A DNA stretch of 63,278 nucleotides, filler included, from Choristocarpus tenellus KU-1152 (GCA_964200185.2; 11 parts of 11 records of this genome joined end to end with filler, not necessarily neighbours in it); one strand, 5' to 3'. Shown: positions 1 through 13,855, counted from the first letter of the whole stretch. Numbers and translations are program-made. The notes: a model not told the origin generated them from the letters alone.

Positions 1-85
1 AAACATGACGTCATCAACATAAAAATATCCTGTATTACAATTCCCCCCCCCCCCACAGATATCTCTTGTTCCTCCATTCCCCTAG

Positions 86-108
86 AACCCTAACCCTAAC
101 CCTAACCC
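86..108. repeat. Short interstitial telomere-type (CCCTAA/TTAGGG)n tract; others at ~14097-14121, 16485-16509, 19538-19566, 38727-38739, 41778-41789, 41826-41842, 42033-42046, 42700-42732, 42872-42889, 48944-48959, 52140-52153, 56265-56289
   Basis: 2-4 near-perfect units at each site, both orientations, not at contig ends. Confidence 0.85.
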
Positions 109-302
109 ATCTATTGGCAATGATCCACTTGAAAATAAACCAAGTGAATAAAGCATTGCGTACAGTTCTTCCCTTGATGAAAAGCAAAGAACACAAGTCA
201 GACAGAGGACACATATCAGCAACTACATCTCAGAAGGTAGACTGCAAAATGAAACAGGGGACAGTTACTTTACTTGCCTCCTTCACCGCCCACAAAACTT
301 AC

Positions 303-3300
303 ATTTGAAGAGCTTTCCCGCATTTCGCTCTCCCTCTCTTCTGAGCTCCCCTTGCTCCGACCCTTCAGGCTGTCCCTCTCACTACAAGAAGAGGTATGCG
401 GCCTTTCCTCCCCTTGAGGAGATGGTCCAGTTTCCAGTACCTTGAAAAACAAAAAAAGATGTTGACACATGTTCAGTACCAAGGCATCAATGTGAGCACA
501 AGTCACCAGTACTTACGGTCTACACATAAAGACCATACTTGTATATGAAGGAGATGTATCGTAGAGGGAGGGGCGGGGGGAGGGAAAGCTGTGGGTAAGC
601 TTTAGGGATAGAAGGGGGGTAGAAATGTGTTCACAAGTTCGACCAGAAACAAAAGAAAAAATGGAACCTCAAGGGGTTCCCTGGGTGAATCTTTCTTGGT
701 CACAACTGTACCATGCACTCATATCAACACCTCTCGCAGTCACGGAAATTAGAGGCCAACCTTTTCAATAATATGTGCACCTACATAGGCAGTGGTGGCA
801 GACCCAGCATCACCTGCATCCATAGCCCTGCCGTGCAGAGTGTTTGAACTGATGTGCTGGGCAGAGGAAGAAATTCACAATTTCAAACCGCTTTCTACGC
901 GCTACCAAATACACAGTACCATTTGAATTGCAATAATCTTATAACTTTAACTCAAGTTCGAGCCCCAACTCTGATACAAAATCTAAAAAACACAACAGCG
1001 TGTAGTTTTTTCAAAACCCGATAGTTGCATATATACGGCTGTACCATAGCTGAGTATTGTGTGCCTTGGCTTATGCATCCCCCTTGTTTTTCCGTGTTGA
1101 CAAAGACCAAGGCGGGGTTCCACAAACTAAAGCATCATGCATGCATGCATGCAGAACACTGGGCAAAAGTGATACACATGGGCCACAATATATCATATCT
1201 CACCTTTCCGAAGACCCATATCACTGCAGCAAGCACCGGGTGCTTCTGAACCCAACGGATTCCTGATAATGATATGATGGAATACAGAACACAGAACACA
1301 GAACATACAAGCATACGAAGGGACTATTGTAAACCATGTGCACACCACGAGAAAAAAAGCGAAAAAAAAAGGAACAAATATAAACAAATATAAACAAACC
1401 AATACATCGGACTGTGCGAAAACAGTCCCCAAACAAGAACCCACACAACTGCTGTGCACAACAGTTTTGTTCCTACCACAACATTGTGTAACTGTTTTTA
1501 ATATCTCCGGGCCTAACTGGATACCACCTAACTTCCACACGATCAATGACTGCGCCAGCATCAGCGCGGCAAACAATAAGTAAAGCAATATTCATCTGCT
1601 GGAATACCTCAAGGAAAGCATTAACCTGTATCACTTTAGTATAAGGCTGTCCCCCTTCTAGTGCAGCCAAAGTTGCTATTTGCTGTGATTAGGACAACTA
1701 CTGCTCACTACTGTGGCCCAAACATCAACCCCCTCAGCACCTCGACATCTCAACACCAAAAGTATTCTTTGTTTTCTTGTTTTCCAAATAATGCAATGAT
1801 GAACACTGCAACATGGGCTAAAACACAAATAGCAACCTAGACAGACAGTAGTACTCATAGGAGAATTGTAGAGTCAGAGGCCAGAATCTTCAGTGAAGAC
1901 AAACCCGTATATAAGGTCATATCATGTATCCATCGCAATGCTAACTACTTTCAAGTGTGCACTTTGAACTATAGCCTATGCATTGCATTTTTGCCACATA
2001 TTATCCCCTCCTCAAGAAAGAAGGTGTGTGCAAAAGTGGATACAATCCACAATTCTCCCAGTCCCAACAGCCGTTCTTATGTAAAAAATTATTGTCACAT
2101 TTTGCACCATTTTGAATCATCTTGCAACAAGTTATTCCAGGTCGGTAAAAGCAACTGTAATTTTTCACATTTGAAATTGATTTGTGTAACGTTTGGTGAA
2201 AAGGGCTATACTGTTGTTTCTCCAAAAGAGAGTGACTTTATCACTCCCCACATATTTTACAGCTTGAAGAAGACATCATTTTTTTTTCCCATTGCTTGCA
2301 TCGACTTTCTCTTGACATCATCTGTGCTTCAAACTCACACCTGGCATCAGAGCGAAACCTTGCAATGTGCATTAAAAAAAATACAAGGCCACAGAGGAAG
2401 AGTGCAGAAACCAGCAAGAACTTACAATTCCACCAGATTCTTAGAGGGGGTGGGGAGGAGAGGAAACGGGTATGGGGGGAATTCTAGTGAAATTTACTAA
2501 ATACCATGCTGGAATGAAAATTTGGAGGGCTTTGGGGGTGGAATCATAGGTAGGTGCAGGCTGCCCCATTTTGCTTGAGTTTTTGGTGGGCAACCTTTTA
2601 GTGTCTGCACAATAACCCATAAAATATCAACATGTAAAAAAAATCTTGCTTCTTTGTATATTGTTCCTTCAACATAATAATGCACCGAGCTATTCATTAC
2701 AATCACTTTGCAAGAAAACATCAAGTGTGGAGGCTACTATTAAAGTACATAGTGGATACAACCACACAAGAAAAACACGTGTTTTCAAGAAACATGCCCA
2801 GCACTCACCACCCTCGTCACACCTGGTCACAACCCCTTTATCCCTTCACCTCATACCGTCCAACATCTCACCTTCAGCCACCTGTGTCACACGGCTATTA
2901 CCCCCTGATGCTGCTGCGCCCCCCTCCTCTGCGTGCTCCTGGTCCCTCCTCCTGTCCTCCATCTCTGCCCAGAATGTGGCATCCAAACCTTTCCCTTCAT
3001 CATTCGTGCCCGCCCCCTTTCCCCTTCGAGCAGTGTCTCTGCCTCTTTCCAAATGGTCATATCTTCGACGCCCCTCGCGTCTCCCCGCGCTCCGTCCTTG
3101 CCAAGCTGGCGCGGCCACACCCAAACCTCTTTCCCAAGGACCCCCCGATCTTGCTCCCAGACTAGCTCGCCCGTCCCTCGTTCTCACCCCACCCGCTCCT
3201 GGCCCTGTTCCTGACACTATCCCTGTCGCCCAATCCAATCTCCTTCCACGGTTTTGCGGATCATCTTTCTCTTCCATCTTGTACACTCCCGGAATCTCGC

Positions 3301-4259
3301 TATGACTGCTTCCTGTTACCTTTCTGGTGTCTTCCACAGGAGAAGATGCAATAGCAGTGCTGCAGGAACGATTTATGGAGTGTCTTTCTCTCTTCAAACA
3401 CCGAATGGTGACTTGCCTTCTTGAGAGGAGCTTCCCAGAATCCTATAAAGGAACTGTTCGCGACCGGACGACAACAGCAAGGCAGATCTACTCATAAGTA
3501 GCATCGGAGCATCCACCCGTTCTTCCTGATGGACGCTTGCGTGATGGTATAGTTGGTCGTGGAAGTTGTCACAAGAATAGATCAAGTGGCGTGTCTTCCC
3601 CCCTCCAGCCCTACCGTTGTGGTAGTCGGACACTTTAAGGCAGTGAAGTGTGCTTGCTGCGAGCGTGTGTCTTGCTAGGACGAATCCACGGAGTGAGAAA
3701 CGTTAGAAAGCAAGGGCGCACGTTGGTGGAGGGTCGAGTGGCCTGTTACATTTAATATCGAAGATGGAATCTGGGCTGGTTTCAAGATACCTTCCGAACC
3801 AGAAACCAGTGTACTAACAAAATCGTCGAAAACTACTGCGGATTGTAGCAAAATCTGGTACAGCAACGCCACAAAACAATGCAAAGAAATGTTGCCGAAA
3901 CCTGCAAATGCTTGCAGGGTTGAGATGAGAACCGACATCACGACTGCCACATGACCCATTGCGGTGAGTCTTTTATAGCAATCGTCCACACTATTACGGT
4001 GATGATGATTTCTGGGAACTCGGAATTTTCCTGACTTGTTAATGCCCAAATATTTCTGACATGGCAATTTAACATGACGAGAACGGAGGTAGAAGTGTAA
4101 GACCAAAAAAACATATAGACTAGATGAACACAAACAACCCCATCGGCGATACCTCAGTTCAGACGACTCATTGAAAGTATTGATTTCCCTGTTGCCTGGA
4201 CTCCAGGTTCCATCGAGTAGCCACCAAATGTGACCAAACTCCAAGTTCTTTTCCCATTC
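303..4259 (-). CDS. Probable multi-exon gene of unknown function (partial, low-complexity G/R/E/S-rich)
   Basis: Candidate exon 440-303 has a T-rich acceptor (ttttcaag) and a GTAAGT donor and is 138 nt open (VLETGPSPQGEERP...RESSSN). There is a long open CpG-rich stretch at 3397-2846 and further candidate exons at ~3674-3517 and ~4259-4153. Exon chain not fully resolved; no recognisable domain. Confidence 0.4.
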
Positions 4260-4519
4260 CTATCAGTACTGTCTCACACAACTACCACCTGACCACGACA
4301 GAGGGGGTGGGGTGGATCTTTTCCGCCAGAACTCTGTTAATTGTATGACCTCAACCTAGTCACCACGTGCGTGTTGACTCTTGAATCTTCTCTCTTCTCT
4401 GTTCAGCATTGAATAGAGCCAAAAGCTGTATTGTGACGTCACGATACGAGAGGTGATACGATGGTTCATATTATTTTATTATATTATTATGCCCTCTGAC
4501 ATTTTGCAGATGTGTCAGG

Positions 4520-4619
4520 NNNNNNNNNNNNNNNNNNNNNNNNNNNNNNNNNNNNNNNNNNNNTTAATTAATTAANNNNNNNNNNNNNNNNNNNNNNNNN
4601 NNNNNNNNNNNNNNNNNNN
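4520..4619. other. Artificial contig-joining spacer N44-TTAATTAATTAA-N44; same spacer at 8552-8651, 21450-21549, 29458-29557, 36816-36915, 40472-40571, 43947-44046, 49227-49326, 55372-55471, 58716-58815
   Basis: Identical 100-nt layout ten times. The palindromic core places stop codons in all six frames, a standard concatenation linker. A separate 9-N gap lies at 30529-30537. Confidence 0.98.
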
Positions 4620-7109
4620 CCGGACCTTGAACACCTTCTGGATGTATCACCAGAGATATTCTTTTTGTATTTTCTACTCCGGGTTCACACTCAGCACCCC
4701 CTCTCCCTCCTCCCCCTCCCCTTCCCACTGCCCCACCCCTTCTACTATCCTTTAGGGGCTTCTCATTGTTTCCATTACGCCACAGACCATGTGCTGCGTA
4801 TACAGATAGGGAGAGAGAGAGAGATGGATAGGTCGAGGGAGAAGGGCACTGGGGAAGTGTGTGGAGGATGGGAGAGAATGGATTATTTACACAAATTCTC
4901 CAGGTTGAATGTAAAGTACTCATACGCTACAGACTGCTGTACTTTAGCAGGAAAAACTGACCTATGCTGGAAATAGAGTAATACTGCACAGTGTAAATCA
5001 GTGAAAGGATGCATAAACACAAAAGCAGGGTAGAGGGAGGGGGTAGAGGGGGGTAGACGGGGTAGTGCAAAGATGAGGGGGGAGGACAAGCGCAGATTGT
5101 TTTTTAAACTCTCTGTACTAGTACATAATACTATATACGTATAGAGCCTCTGGCACTCATGACAGGATTTGGGAGGTTAATAGGATTTGGATAAAAATAC
5201 ATTCTCCACAGCAAACTCTCACTTTCAAACTCTTGGTACAGGGGAGCATAAAACACACTCAACTGGACTGCACTACCATCAACAAAATCACCGTTGCCTT
5301 TGAAAGATCTCTAGTCACATTTACGCCTACAGAAGGGTAAAAAGGTTTGTGAACTGGACAGCAGTAGCAGAGAAAAGTGCATAGTGACATAGTGCCATAC
5401 TGCGGTACCGTTGAACATCGCCCTCAAAGATTTTAGCAAACCCAGTTGCACAAGCCCTGAATTTGATCACGAAACGAAACCGCACGTAGCAAAAGCCTGG
5501 AGGCGTGCATCCAAGTGGAACACTGAAGCAGGCTTGAGATATGGTATAGCTAAAGCTAAAGCACCAACAGAACTATCCCATAACACGTGGCCAAGCATCT
5601 CCAGTCTCCACTGAAGCAGATGGACAGCCATTGCACACTTCTTCACTAGATATCCATCCACACAGCAGTGACCACCAATCCGAGCATGTACATACATGTC
5701 AGATTTGTGCAGCCCTTGCCATTTCACTACTACAGTACAGAATATTATAAATTCCTTCCCAACCACATATTCTTAACATTCTCTGACCCTGTAACCAAAT
5801 TCCTAACAAGATTTATCCCACCCCATTACTTGCATTCAATTTGACCTACTTCAACATGTAGCATGAAGTGGAGGCAGATATGGGCGTAGATACAACCTAA
5901 CCTTGTGCTTGTATTCATCTATACATGGATGTGCAAATGTGTACAGTGAGAGCTTCCCCAATAGCTAATCCTGCCTCCTCCACCTCTAAGCAAAATGAGA
6001 GAAGAATCGCTTCATATATACATCACTTACCTTCTTAAGGCACAGTTCATGGTATAGGAGCACACACAAGTACATAACAAACATAGCATACTCACTTCCA
6101 CAAATATGTTTGGTACACCACCTCAATCAATTATGGCAGGCAGCAAAATGCCAAGTAAAAGAGTAGCAATGATAGGGGTGTGAATCACGGCATGCACAAC
6201 CACAAGTATAGCATACTATGACTGCTCACCAGCAAAATTCCCAGCTCCCAAACCCCCTCCATCCTTGAGCCATGAAGCAGAGAGGCCCAGCTTACTCAGG
6301 GCCTTGTGGTGCAGTGCACACATGATGAGAAGGAGGAGGGGTGAAATGGCAAGGAGAACAAAGTGTACAGAGTAAGGGAAGTTAAGCACCAGTGTCCTGT
6401 CCTGGCAGTCTCTCATTGGAGACGTGCCCGCTAGATATTTTGCAGCTGGAGTATCAACAATGTCCACCCGTTGAAATAACAAGCAGGAAAAAATGTGGGT
6501 TTAACAAGCACATATTGGCACATGCCCACCATAGGAGTTCTGACAGAAGATGCTGACCTTTCCATCACCATGCACCGCATGGAACAAGAGGGCTCGATGA
6601 TCATCTATAAAATGAGCTGTGTGCTCGTGAGGCTGCCAAACCATGTCCACACGCCAGCCTGTCCCTAGCCCACAACTTCAGTAGGTGGAAGGGCAGATCA
6701 AAGGTACAAACAGAAAGGGACAGAGAGTCTCGGCATGAGGTCAATGCATGGCAATCATCAATCTTGCTAGGATACCTTAATAGCAATGGTACCTGCAATG
6801 TTGGAATGATGAGGGGGGTTAGGGGAGGGGAGAGAAGGCTTCGATCCATCTTCAGGCCTTTTTGTCTGATCTTGTGTACAACAGTACAAATTTCAGTATC
6901 AGTACAATGTAATGAAGCACGTCATCGAAGGGTTACCTGCTACACTTTCTTGAAGAGCGGCATGTAAATAGTGGATGTAAATACGAACAGCTATCTTGTC
7001 CTGTGTACCGAGTCGAACTATTACAACGGTCTCCACCCTATTGTTCCCCAACCAATTCCCGACTCTGACTACGATAAAAATCGATCTCTCATCGTTAAAC
7101 ACCGGTTAC

Positions 7110-7752
7110 CCACATCAGAGCAGCCAACTCCATCGCCTCTGGGGAAGAACCTGCCGACTTCCCCACCCGGTCTGCCAGGACACAAACCACACCCCCCAAC
7201 TCTTGCTGGTCCCAGACAGCGAGGAGTTCCCGCGCATCAGCCAGTACACTAAGAGGATCAGAGCTCTTATGTTGGTCACCCTCCTTGCGAAGGTTTCATT
7301 TTTTCACAGTGGGAGAGAGGAAAGGCCGTGAGAGATTGGATTGAACGGAATGGATATCGAGCCTGAACAACCTCAATCTCCGCTTTCTTCTATGGTCGAG
7401 GGAGAGTAATTATGAAAAACACACACAGAGTAAGATGTCTCACTGTGGTAGTACTTTGTGTGGGTAACAAATCAATCCTCGGACTAGAACGTGTCAATAC
7501 GAAAGACACGAAGTATAAAACAGCGCTTAATGGTTTTCCGAGAGCCACGATAGGTATCTTGGCAAACACCTGTGTAGTTGGGGTTAACAAGGAAGCGTCC
7601 AGGCAACCCGACGCAATGATCCTCTTCCACCATGCACGCAAGCGCTTGATCTCGACATGGAGCACCACCGTTCGGTGCCCCAGGGCAGCGATAGTTGTCG
7701 AACCGTCGCCATGAAACACGGATTGCTCTGGAGGATGGGTAATCCCCTCCAT
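7110..7752 (-). CDS. Possible 5' exons of an unknown gene
   Basis: CpG-rich island. Open exon-like segments MEGITHPPEQ...LLTPTTQ|gt and ag|EGDQHKSSDPLSVLADARELLAVWDQQELGGVVCVLADRVG...ELAALMW|gtaacc. No family recognised. Confidence 0.3.
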
Positions 7753-7976
7753 CTCGTTTCTCCTTACCACCATCACCTTTCACGTCTCACTTCAAGAAAA
7801 TGAGGAATACGGTTCAAATGTCATAATATCATTAATTTTCTCTTTGACATGGAGTGTAGAGTTCTACGATCATAAAAATAAACAATATACTACAAAAACG
7901 GTCATAGTAGGTATTATTTCTTGGTACATATTGACATACAATATAGTGTTAGTGCTGGCAATCACCTATAGGATGA

Positions 7977-8292
7977 GACCAGTCTTGATTTTTTTTGAAA
8001 AGATTGCCCAACGAGTTAAACAACGACCAGCATATAGAATTAAGCTTTTGATCTAAGCTATCGATTTCCGGAAAGGAATTCTTCCGAACATTTATGTTGG
8101 TAAAGTTAAATTTTAACCGAATGGTTTCGGCACAACCTTGAAAGTGTTCCGGAATGAATTGTGACGATCAACATATTTTTCTGAAAAAATTACTTTGCGT
8201 TAATCGATAGCCTGGATCCAGACCTTTCATTTGATATGCTGATCATCTATTAACTCGTTGGGCAACCTTTTTCAAAAAAATCAAGATTGGTC
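7977..8292. mobile_element. MITE/foldback-like element with ~90-bp imperfect inverted arms
   Basis: GACCAGTCTTGATTTTTTTTGAAAAGATTGCCCAACGAGTTAA...GCTATCGATT (7977-8066) is mirrored by AATCGATAGC...TTAACTCGTTGGGCAACCTTTTTCAAAAAAATCAAGATTGGTC (8202-8292). Confidence 0.75.
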
Positions 8293-8339
8293 ACCACGAA
8301 AACAGTACGTTGGCGGACCTCGGCTTAATACTGTATAAG

Positions 8340-8551
8340 CCACTCACACTTCACGATTCTGGTTGAGAGTCTTGGAGGACACTCTTGATGCTTCCAAAGT
8401 ACCACTGTGAATTGAACCCATTAGAGATGGCCTGGGTGCGGGCGAAGCACTGTGTACAAGGAAATTGTGACTGCACGTTGCCTGGAATGAGAGCCAACAT
8501 TCCTGTCAGTCTTAAGGAGGAAAGGGGGCTGTCCAGAGTAATTGTGGAGAG
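8340..8551 (+). pseudogene. IS630/Tc1-mariner DDE transposase C-terminal fragment
   Basis: LPKYHCELNPLEMAWVRAK matches the LPxYxPELNPIExxWxxxK motif around the catalytic Glu of IS630/Tc1 transposases. No N-terminal part; truncated by the contig end. Confidence 0.8.
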
Positions 8552-10120
8552 NNNNNNNNNNNNNNNNNNNNNNNNNNNNNNNNNNNNNNNNNNNNTTAAT
8601 TAATTAANNNNNNNNNNNNNNNNNNNNNNNNNNNNNNNNNNNNNNNNNNNNCTGCTCCTTCTTTGATGGGCCGAAGAAAAAAACAAACATCTTTCGTTCC
8701 CCCCCCCCCCCCCCCCCCTCAAACTACACCTCACCTTCGAACAGCAGAATCCTCCCTGAGACGCTGTATCTGTTCTGCAACTTCCTCAGGTATACCCACA
8801 GACAGAAGCTCCTAGTAGAGGAGAGTATGATGGTTGGTATCCAGGTTTTTCAAAATGTGTGGAATTCAGGGGATTTGCATGTGTTTCATTAACCTCCTGT
8901 GAACCTAAAATACTGCTTCTAAGTGCATTCCTGTAACCTCTCCCTGTAGAAGCTTCCAAATAGGGAATGTTACTGACAGTGTACAAAGTGTATCCCAACA
9001 CATCCCAACAACCAGGACGATAAAGGAACCTAAACCAATTTCACATAAAAGTATTATACATTATATATAGTATAAGGTATGATCAGAATCACAACATTTA
9101 TATTGAGAGAGTAGAACCCAGACATTCATCTTCTTCAATGCACTCAAGTCACTCTGTTCACAACCAAGTAAAGTAATCCAATGCAACACAGACTACCACT
9201 GCTATTTTGGTGCAAGCATACTGAGATATCAACAAGATCAAATGTATAAATCAATGTGAAGGTCACAAATAGATGGATGCACCTGTGGGAAATCGTGAAG
9301 GTGGAGCTAACACATACACTTCAAAGTCGTATGATACAAAGTACAATTTAGTATAGTGTGTACTACCGAGTGTATGTCAACAGGCTGGATATTCACCTTA
9401 TGTCTTGTAGCATGGTCATTAAGCGAAGTGGGTGGGACCCCTAGAGTGGAAGCAAGCAACCGCAATGACTGCGGCCACAAGTCCCATACACCAAAGAACT
9501 GATGGAGTGGGGTGAGCAGGGGGGAGAGTTGGAAGTTACCCTGGCAGCACTATCATCTACTGATGAGGTGAGATGACAAAAAAGAAAATATTCACGGAGG
9601 ACTTGGGAGAAAATAGAATGTGGAGTGGTGTGCAATGCCTTCTCATTGGCCACAACTCTAATCAACAATGCTCTTCACATTGACCAGTGGGTGCCTGCCA
9701 TGCTCTACACAGAGCCGTGGAACAGGACATTGATGCCGACAAAGTATCTGTACTCTAACATACTTACAAGGATAAATACAGGTATTGCAAGAAAACCCTT
9801 CTCAACAATCCAAAACATCCAAGCCCAAGGGATGGATGATGGGGAGTTAAGGGGACTGATGCCACCCAAGCTGGTACCGCTCTTTGACTGCATCATGAAC
9901 ATGCTGCCAAATGCGATAGCCTCTCTGTTCACCCTGGGAACACCTACTGTCTCCTGTCCCACTAGGGAAGTAGTATATCAAAGTATATCAATGCTCTACA
10001 CAAGGTGCATGGAGGGGTTTCCAACTTCAAAGAACCTGTACTGAATGCACCTTAAGAAACCAAAGAGTGACTTGTCATTTGGGTTATCACAATGCCCTAA
10101 ACCTAAGCCCTAAGAATAGG

Positions 10121-10919
10121 CTAATCGTGCCTGGAAGATGGTGATAACATTGCAACCATGTGTACTCCACTATCATGCTCCCACCTCTCACACATCACCT
10201 GATATTCCATTAATGCTCCAACTCCGGCATTTGCTTGCCAATGATCAAATGCATCCCAACCCCCTGCCCTAAAGCGGATAGGTCTGCTGCGTCCCACACT
10301 AAAGCTATTGTGTGGTGTTGTGTCCCACTCCTTGGCCATAAAGAACTGGCCAAGAAAATTGGATAATGGTGGACAATCCGCGACAAACAGTGGGGCATCA
10401 GTTGCATCACATATAGGAAAAAGAAATAAAAAGGAAATACACTCACAGGCTCGGGGATCCACATATTACTAGGTTGATTTCTTGACTTTATTCTGGTGGC
10501 TACCCTGAAATGTACTCAGAACGAAAAGGTATAAGTAGCAAACTATGATTGTACCCGATTGGTACATCTTCCTTCTGATTATAATTGTACGACATAAGAG
10601 GTTTTCAAAGGCACTAGTTCATGTACTATGTAGTACAACATGCAGAGACCATGCAGTCGCCCTCCATTGGGATTTGAACTAAAATCAACTCCTGAATTGT
10701 CTGCTCTTGATCCATCCATGAATTGATCATTCTTACCTTTGTCATGACCTCATCCACTCCCGGAATATCAACATAGTCCTCCAAGGTCATGTCTGGCTCC
10801 AGCACTGGTGGTGGATTCCCCCCATACTGCACAAAGCTAGTGTCTGTGCCACCCTTTCGTAGGGTACGAACCCATCTGTCTTCAACGGCTTCATCTCCTG
10901 CTCCCCTCTCTTCCTCCAT
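10121..10919 (-). pseudogene. Decayed coding remnant with possible OTU-type cysteine protease motif (probably TE-derived)
   Basis: LVQIPMEGDCMVSAC resembles the OTU IPxDGxC(L/M)FxA catalytic-Cys motif. Downstream GVGALMEYQVMCERW loosely resembles WGxxxExxA. Broken by stops/frameshifts and CpG-depleted. Confidence 0.3.
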
Positions 10920-12892
10920 CCTAGCTTTCAGCTTGAAAAATGAGGTCAGTACCTAGATGCAAGCAATTGTCATTGTGTTCATATTCTTATGCATTCATAA
11001 TTTGTTGAAAAGTTTGGAGCAAGAAGGCTCGTCGTCGCCTAAGGCTGGTAGTTAGTTGCGTTACATGTTAAAAATACACTTGAGTACTAATTACCCGCCA
11101 GCCAGCCATCATCACTGACATATGTATGAATACTGACCCATCATACTGCTGTGTGAATTACTATTTTTATTTTACCAAACTAAACATTCATGTACATGAA
11201 ACTATGTTATATACTTGTATCAGCACAAACAACACTAGGTTATTCGACGGAAGTGTAACAATTTCAAGGTGGACTTCTGTGTTTGTGGCATTGCCAAAGC
11301 AGTGAGCACTGTATCAGCAAGGTAGAGCTCTATGCAACCAATTAACTATATACAAAAAACAAAAAAATACGAAGTTGAGGCATAGTTCCTCAACATTCAA
11401 CTTAACGCACAGAGTTTGAGAAGTCAGAAGGGGCATGACTAACTAAAAAAGTATATAATGCATTGTATGAATGCCTAGTGCCTCCTTGCTGCCCCCCTTT
11501 AAAATAGTGTAAACTTACTCAGGACTGCCACTGTGTGTTTTTGGACAAGGCAAGCATTGCTAGGTAAACAAGTAACACACAATATAAGATTAATCAATGA
11601 CCAATACGCCTTTCCCTCACCCGATCCACAGGGTCCTGAATCATCGACATTAGCCATGCATGCTGTCCTGATTGTGCTGGATAGTCCCTCAAAAGATTGT
11701 ATGGAAAGAATTGCCATACCCTGTTGATGGTGCAAGGCAACAAGGTATTTTCGTACTGGTACTGTGCCTGTCAATAGACAGAACGGGCCAACTTCCTCAG
11801 TGAGCAAATATGTCATGGGAATGACACTGAGCAACAAACTAGTACAGATGCTATATATTTAGACAAAATGGTCTATCTCTGGTCACTGTAGGGAAGTTTG
11901 TCACCCTGAGTTGCTATTAATGGTTCAACAGAGGACCAATTCAAGTCCATCTATGATGCCTTAAAAAATGCAAGAAGTACGGGATTTGGTCTAGGATGTC
12001 CTCCAATAGTGACTACCATGGTAAAAACAAACTATTTGAGGAGGATTAGATCTAATTTTTGTCAACTGTGTGTGAGATTTAAACACAATCACGGCAGGCT
12101 ATAGTTAGGACCAAACTCACACCCTACCTACAATATTCCATAAACGAAAGTTCTATGTGTAACCATGAAAATGGGTAACCATGAAAACCTATATTCCCAA
12201 ACAAAAACCCTCCAAAAGCTTTCCAACATGTCTTCTGTCCTCTAGTCCTACATGAATCCTGAAAAAGCAAGTTTGGTGATCATACACACACAATGCCATT
12301 CAGTCAAAGCTTTCAACCCACGTACCTGTGCTAAATGAACCACAATATGAGATTATCCTTCTTTTGCATTAATTTTGTACTCAAGCACAACATGCCCACT
12401 GACCTCCGCAACATTTATGCCTGAACACTCTCCCCCTGCACAGAAGCGATCTTTCAATAATGGAGCCAACACCTGAGAGCAATCAAGCAGGGGTAGTCAT
12501 TCATTTAGAGGATAGGAGAGGGTACAAAAAAATGTTTATTATTGCCAACACCACCTCTCAAATTTGATTTATCATTGGACCAGCACATGAACGAACCTAT
12601 TGATCCCTACCCCACTGTAATGTTGCATCTCACCTGTCCCATGAAGCTCCCTCCTGATCCCCCCGGAATGCTGGCAAAGCAAAATGTCTTGTCAGTCTTC
12701 TCTCCCATGATACGCAATGATGACCCCTTCCCAGCAACAGCTTCATCAGACTTCAACATCGAGGTGGTATCAAACGGCTTTCCAAACTTAAGGTTGAGGG
12801 CAGGAACCATTGCCCCTTTCATGCTGAATTAATGAAACAATCGTGCAATGTTTAATTAGTATTTAAACCAATATTTACGTGAAGGAGGGGGG

Positions 12893-12997
12893 GTTGAAAT
12901 GAGGGGATACAAAATAATATACAAAATTAAGGTTGAAATGAGGGGAATAGAAACCAATATACAAAATTAAGGTTGAAATGAGGGGATACAAAACAAT
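12893..12997. repeat. Tandem minisatellite, ~3 copies of a ~36-39-bp unit
   Basis: GGTTGAAATGAGGGGA recurs three times, with AATATACAAAATTAA spacers. Confidence 0.85.
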
Positions 12998-13855
12998 GTA
13001 GGGGGAAAGTCATTGCAGATCTACATTTTTCCTGAGTTGCATAATACAACCCTGTCCACCTCCTCACACTCCTTCCAATAGCACATTTTAAAGGAATTTT
13101 ATTTTCAACCCTCTTTGTATTTCCTTTCCAAAGCTACCCAAGAATAGAAACAACTACCTTACAAATTTGTAGTGTTACTGCTTCTCATATTGGCAAACTT
13201 TGCCTAACTCACCACCCTCCATCCCATTAAAAACAGTAGTGCTTGGGTGGAAACCAAACCACAAAACCCATCAGTTAGTGCTCATCAAGTTTGGGCAGAG
13301 GAATGGTACAATGGTACAACCTTGGCAAGTATTTGTTGACGGCGTAAGGGACTTCTATAATACTGTAAACAATATTAAAATTATGCCCCCATAAAGTCCA
13401 GCCAATCACATTGATATTTTCACAACAGGATTTCCAATCTCGCTCAATTTTCTGCGCACTTACCCCCTCCCCCTCTTGATCCTACACTGAAAACAAGTGC
13501 CTCATCTACCATTGTTAGGGGTCACTTGAAGACTATTGTAAATCCAAAATTCTGCAACACCCAACAACCTCTATACAAACCACTGAAGACAATTGCCTGA
13601 GTATTCAGGGAATGACCTTGATTTAGGCAACCCAAGCACATCGTATAATGTGAATAGTTTGGAATAGTTTCAGGGCCTACATTGGAAGATACAAATGCCT
13701 TGTGGTGTGCATCTCACACTTTCATTACCTAAGATAAACCCCATACTAGTAGAAAGGGAGTGTAAGAACACAACACAACAAAAAAATAAGGTGAGATTAC
13801 CACTCCATGGGCCAAGTCTGTATTTATACTTGTAGCTTCAAGGAGGTAATCGTAA

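Noticed and set aside
950-975. tRNA T-loop-like GTTCGA words (also ~41755, ~54025, ~60917)
   Set aside because: No cloverleaf, acceptor stem or A-box at correct spacing found by eye.
2646-3305. 219-aa Pro/Ser-rich + strand ORF
   Set aside because: Most likely the antisense shadow of the purine-rich minus-strand exon; non-ATG start and no domain.
4564-4575. Recurrent TTAATTAATTAA palindrome as a biological motif
   Set aside because: Always centred in fixed-length N runs; synthetic linker.
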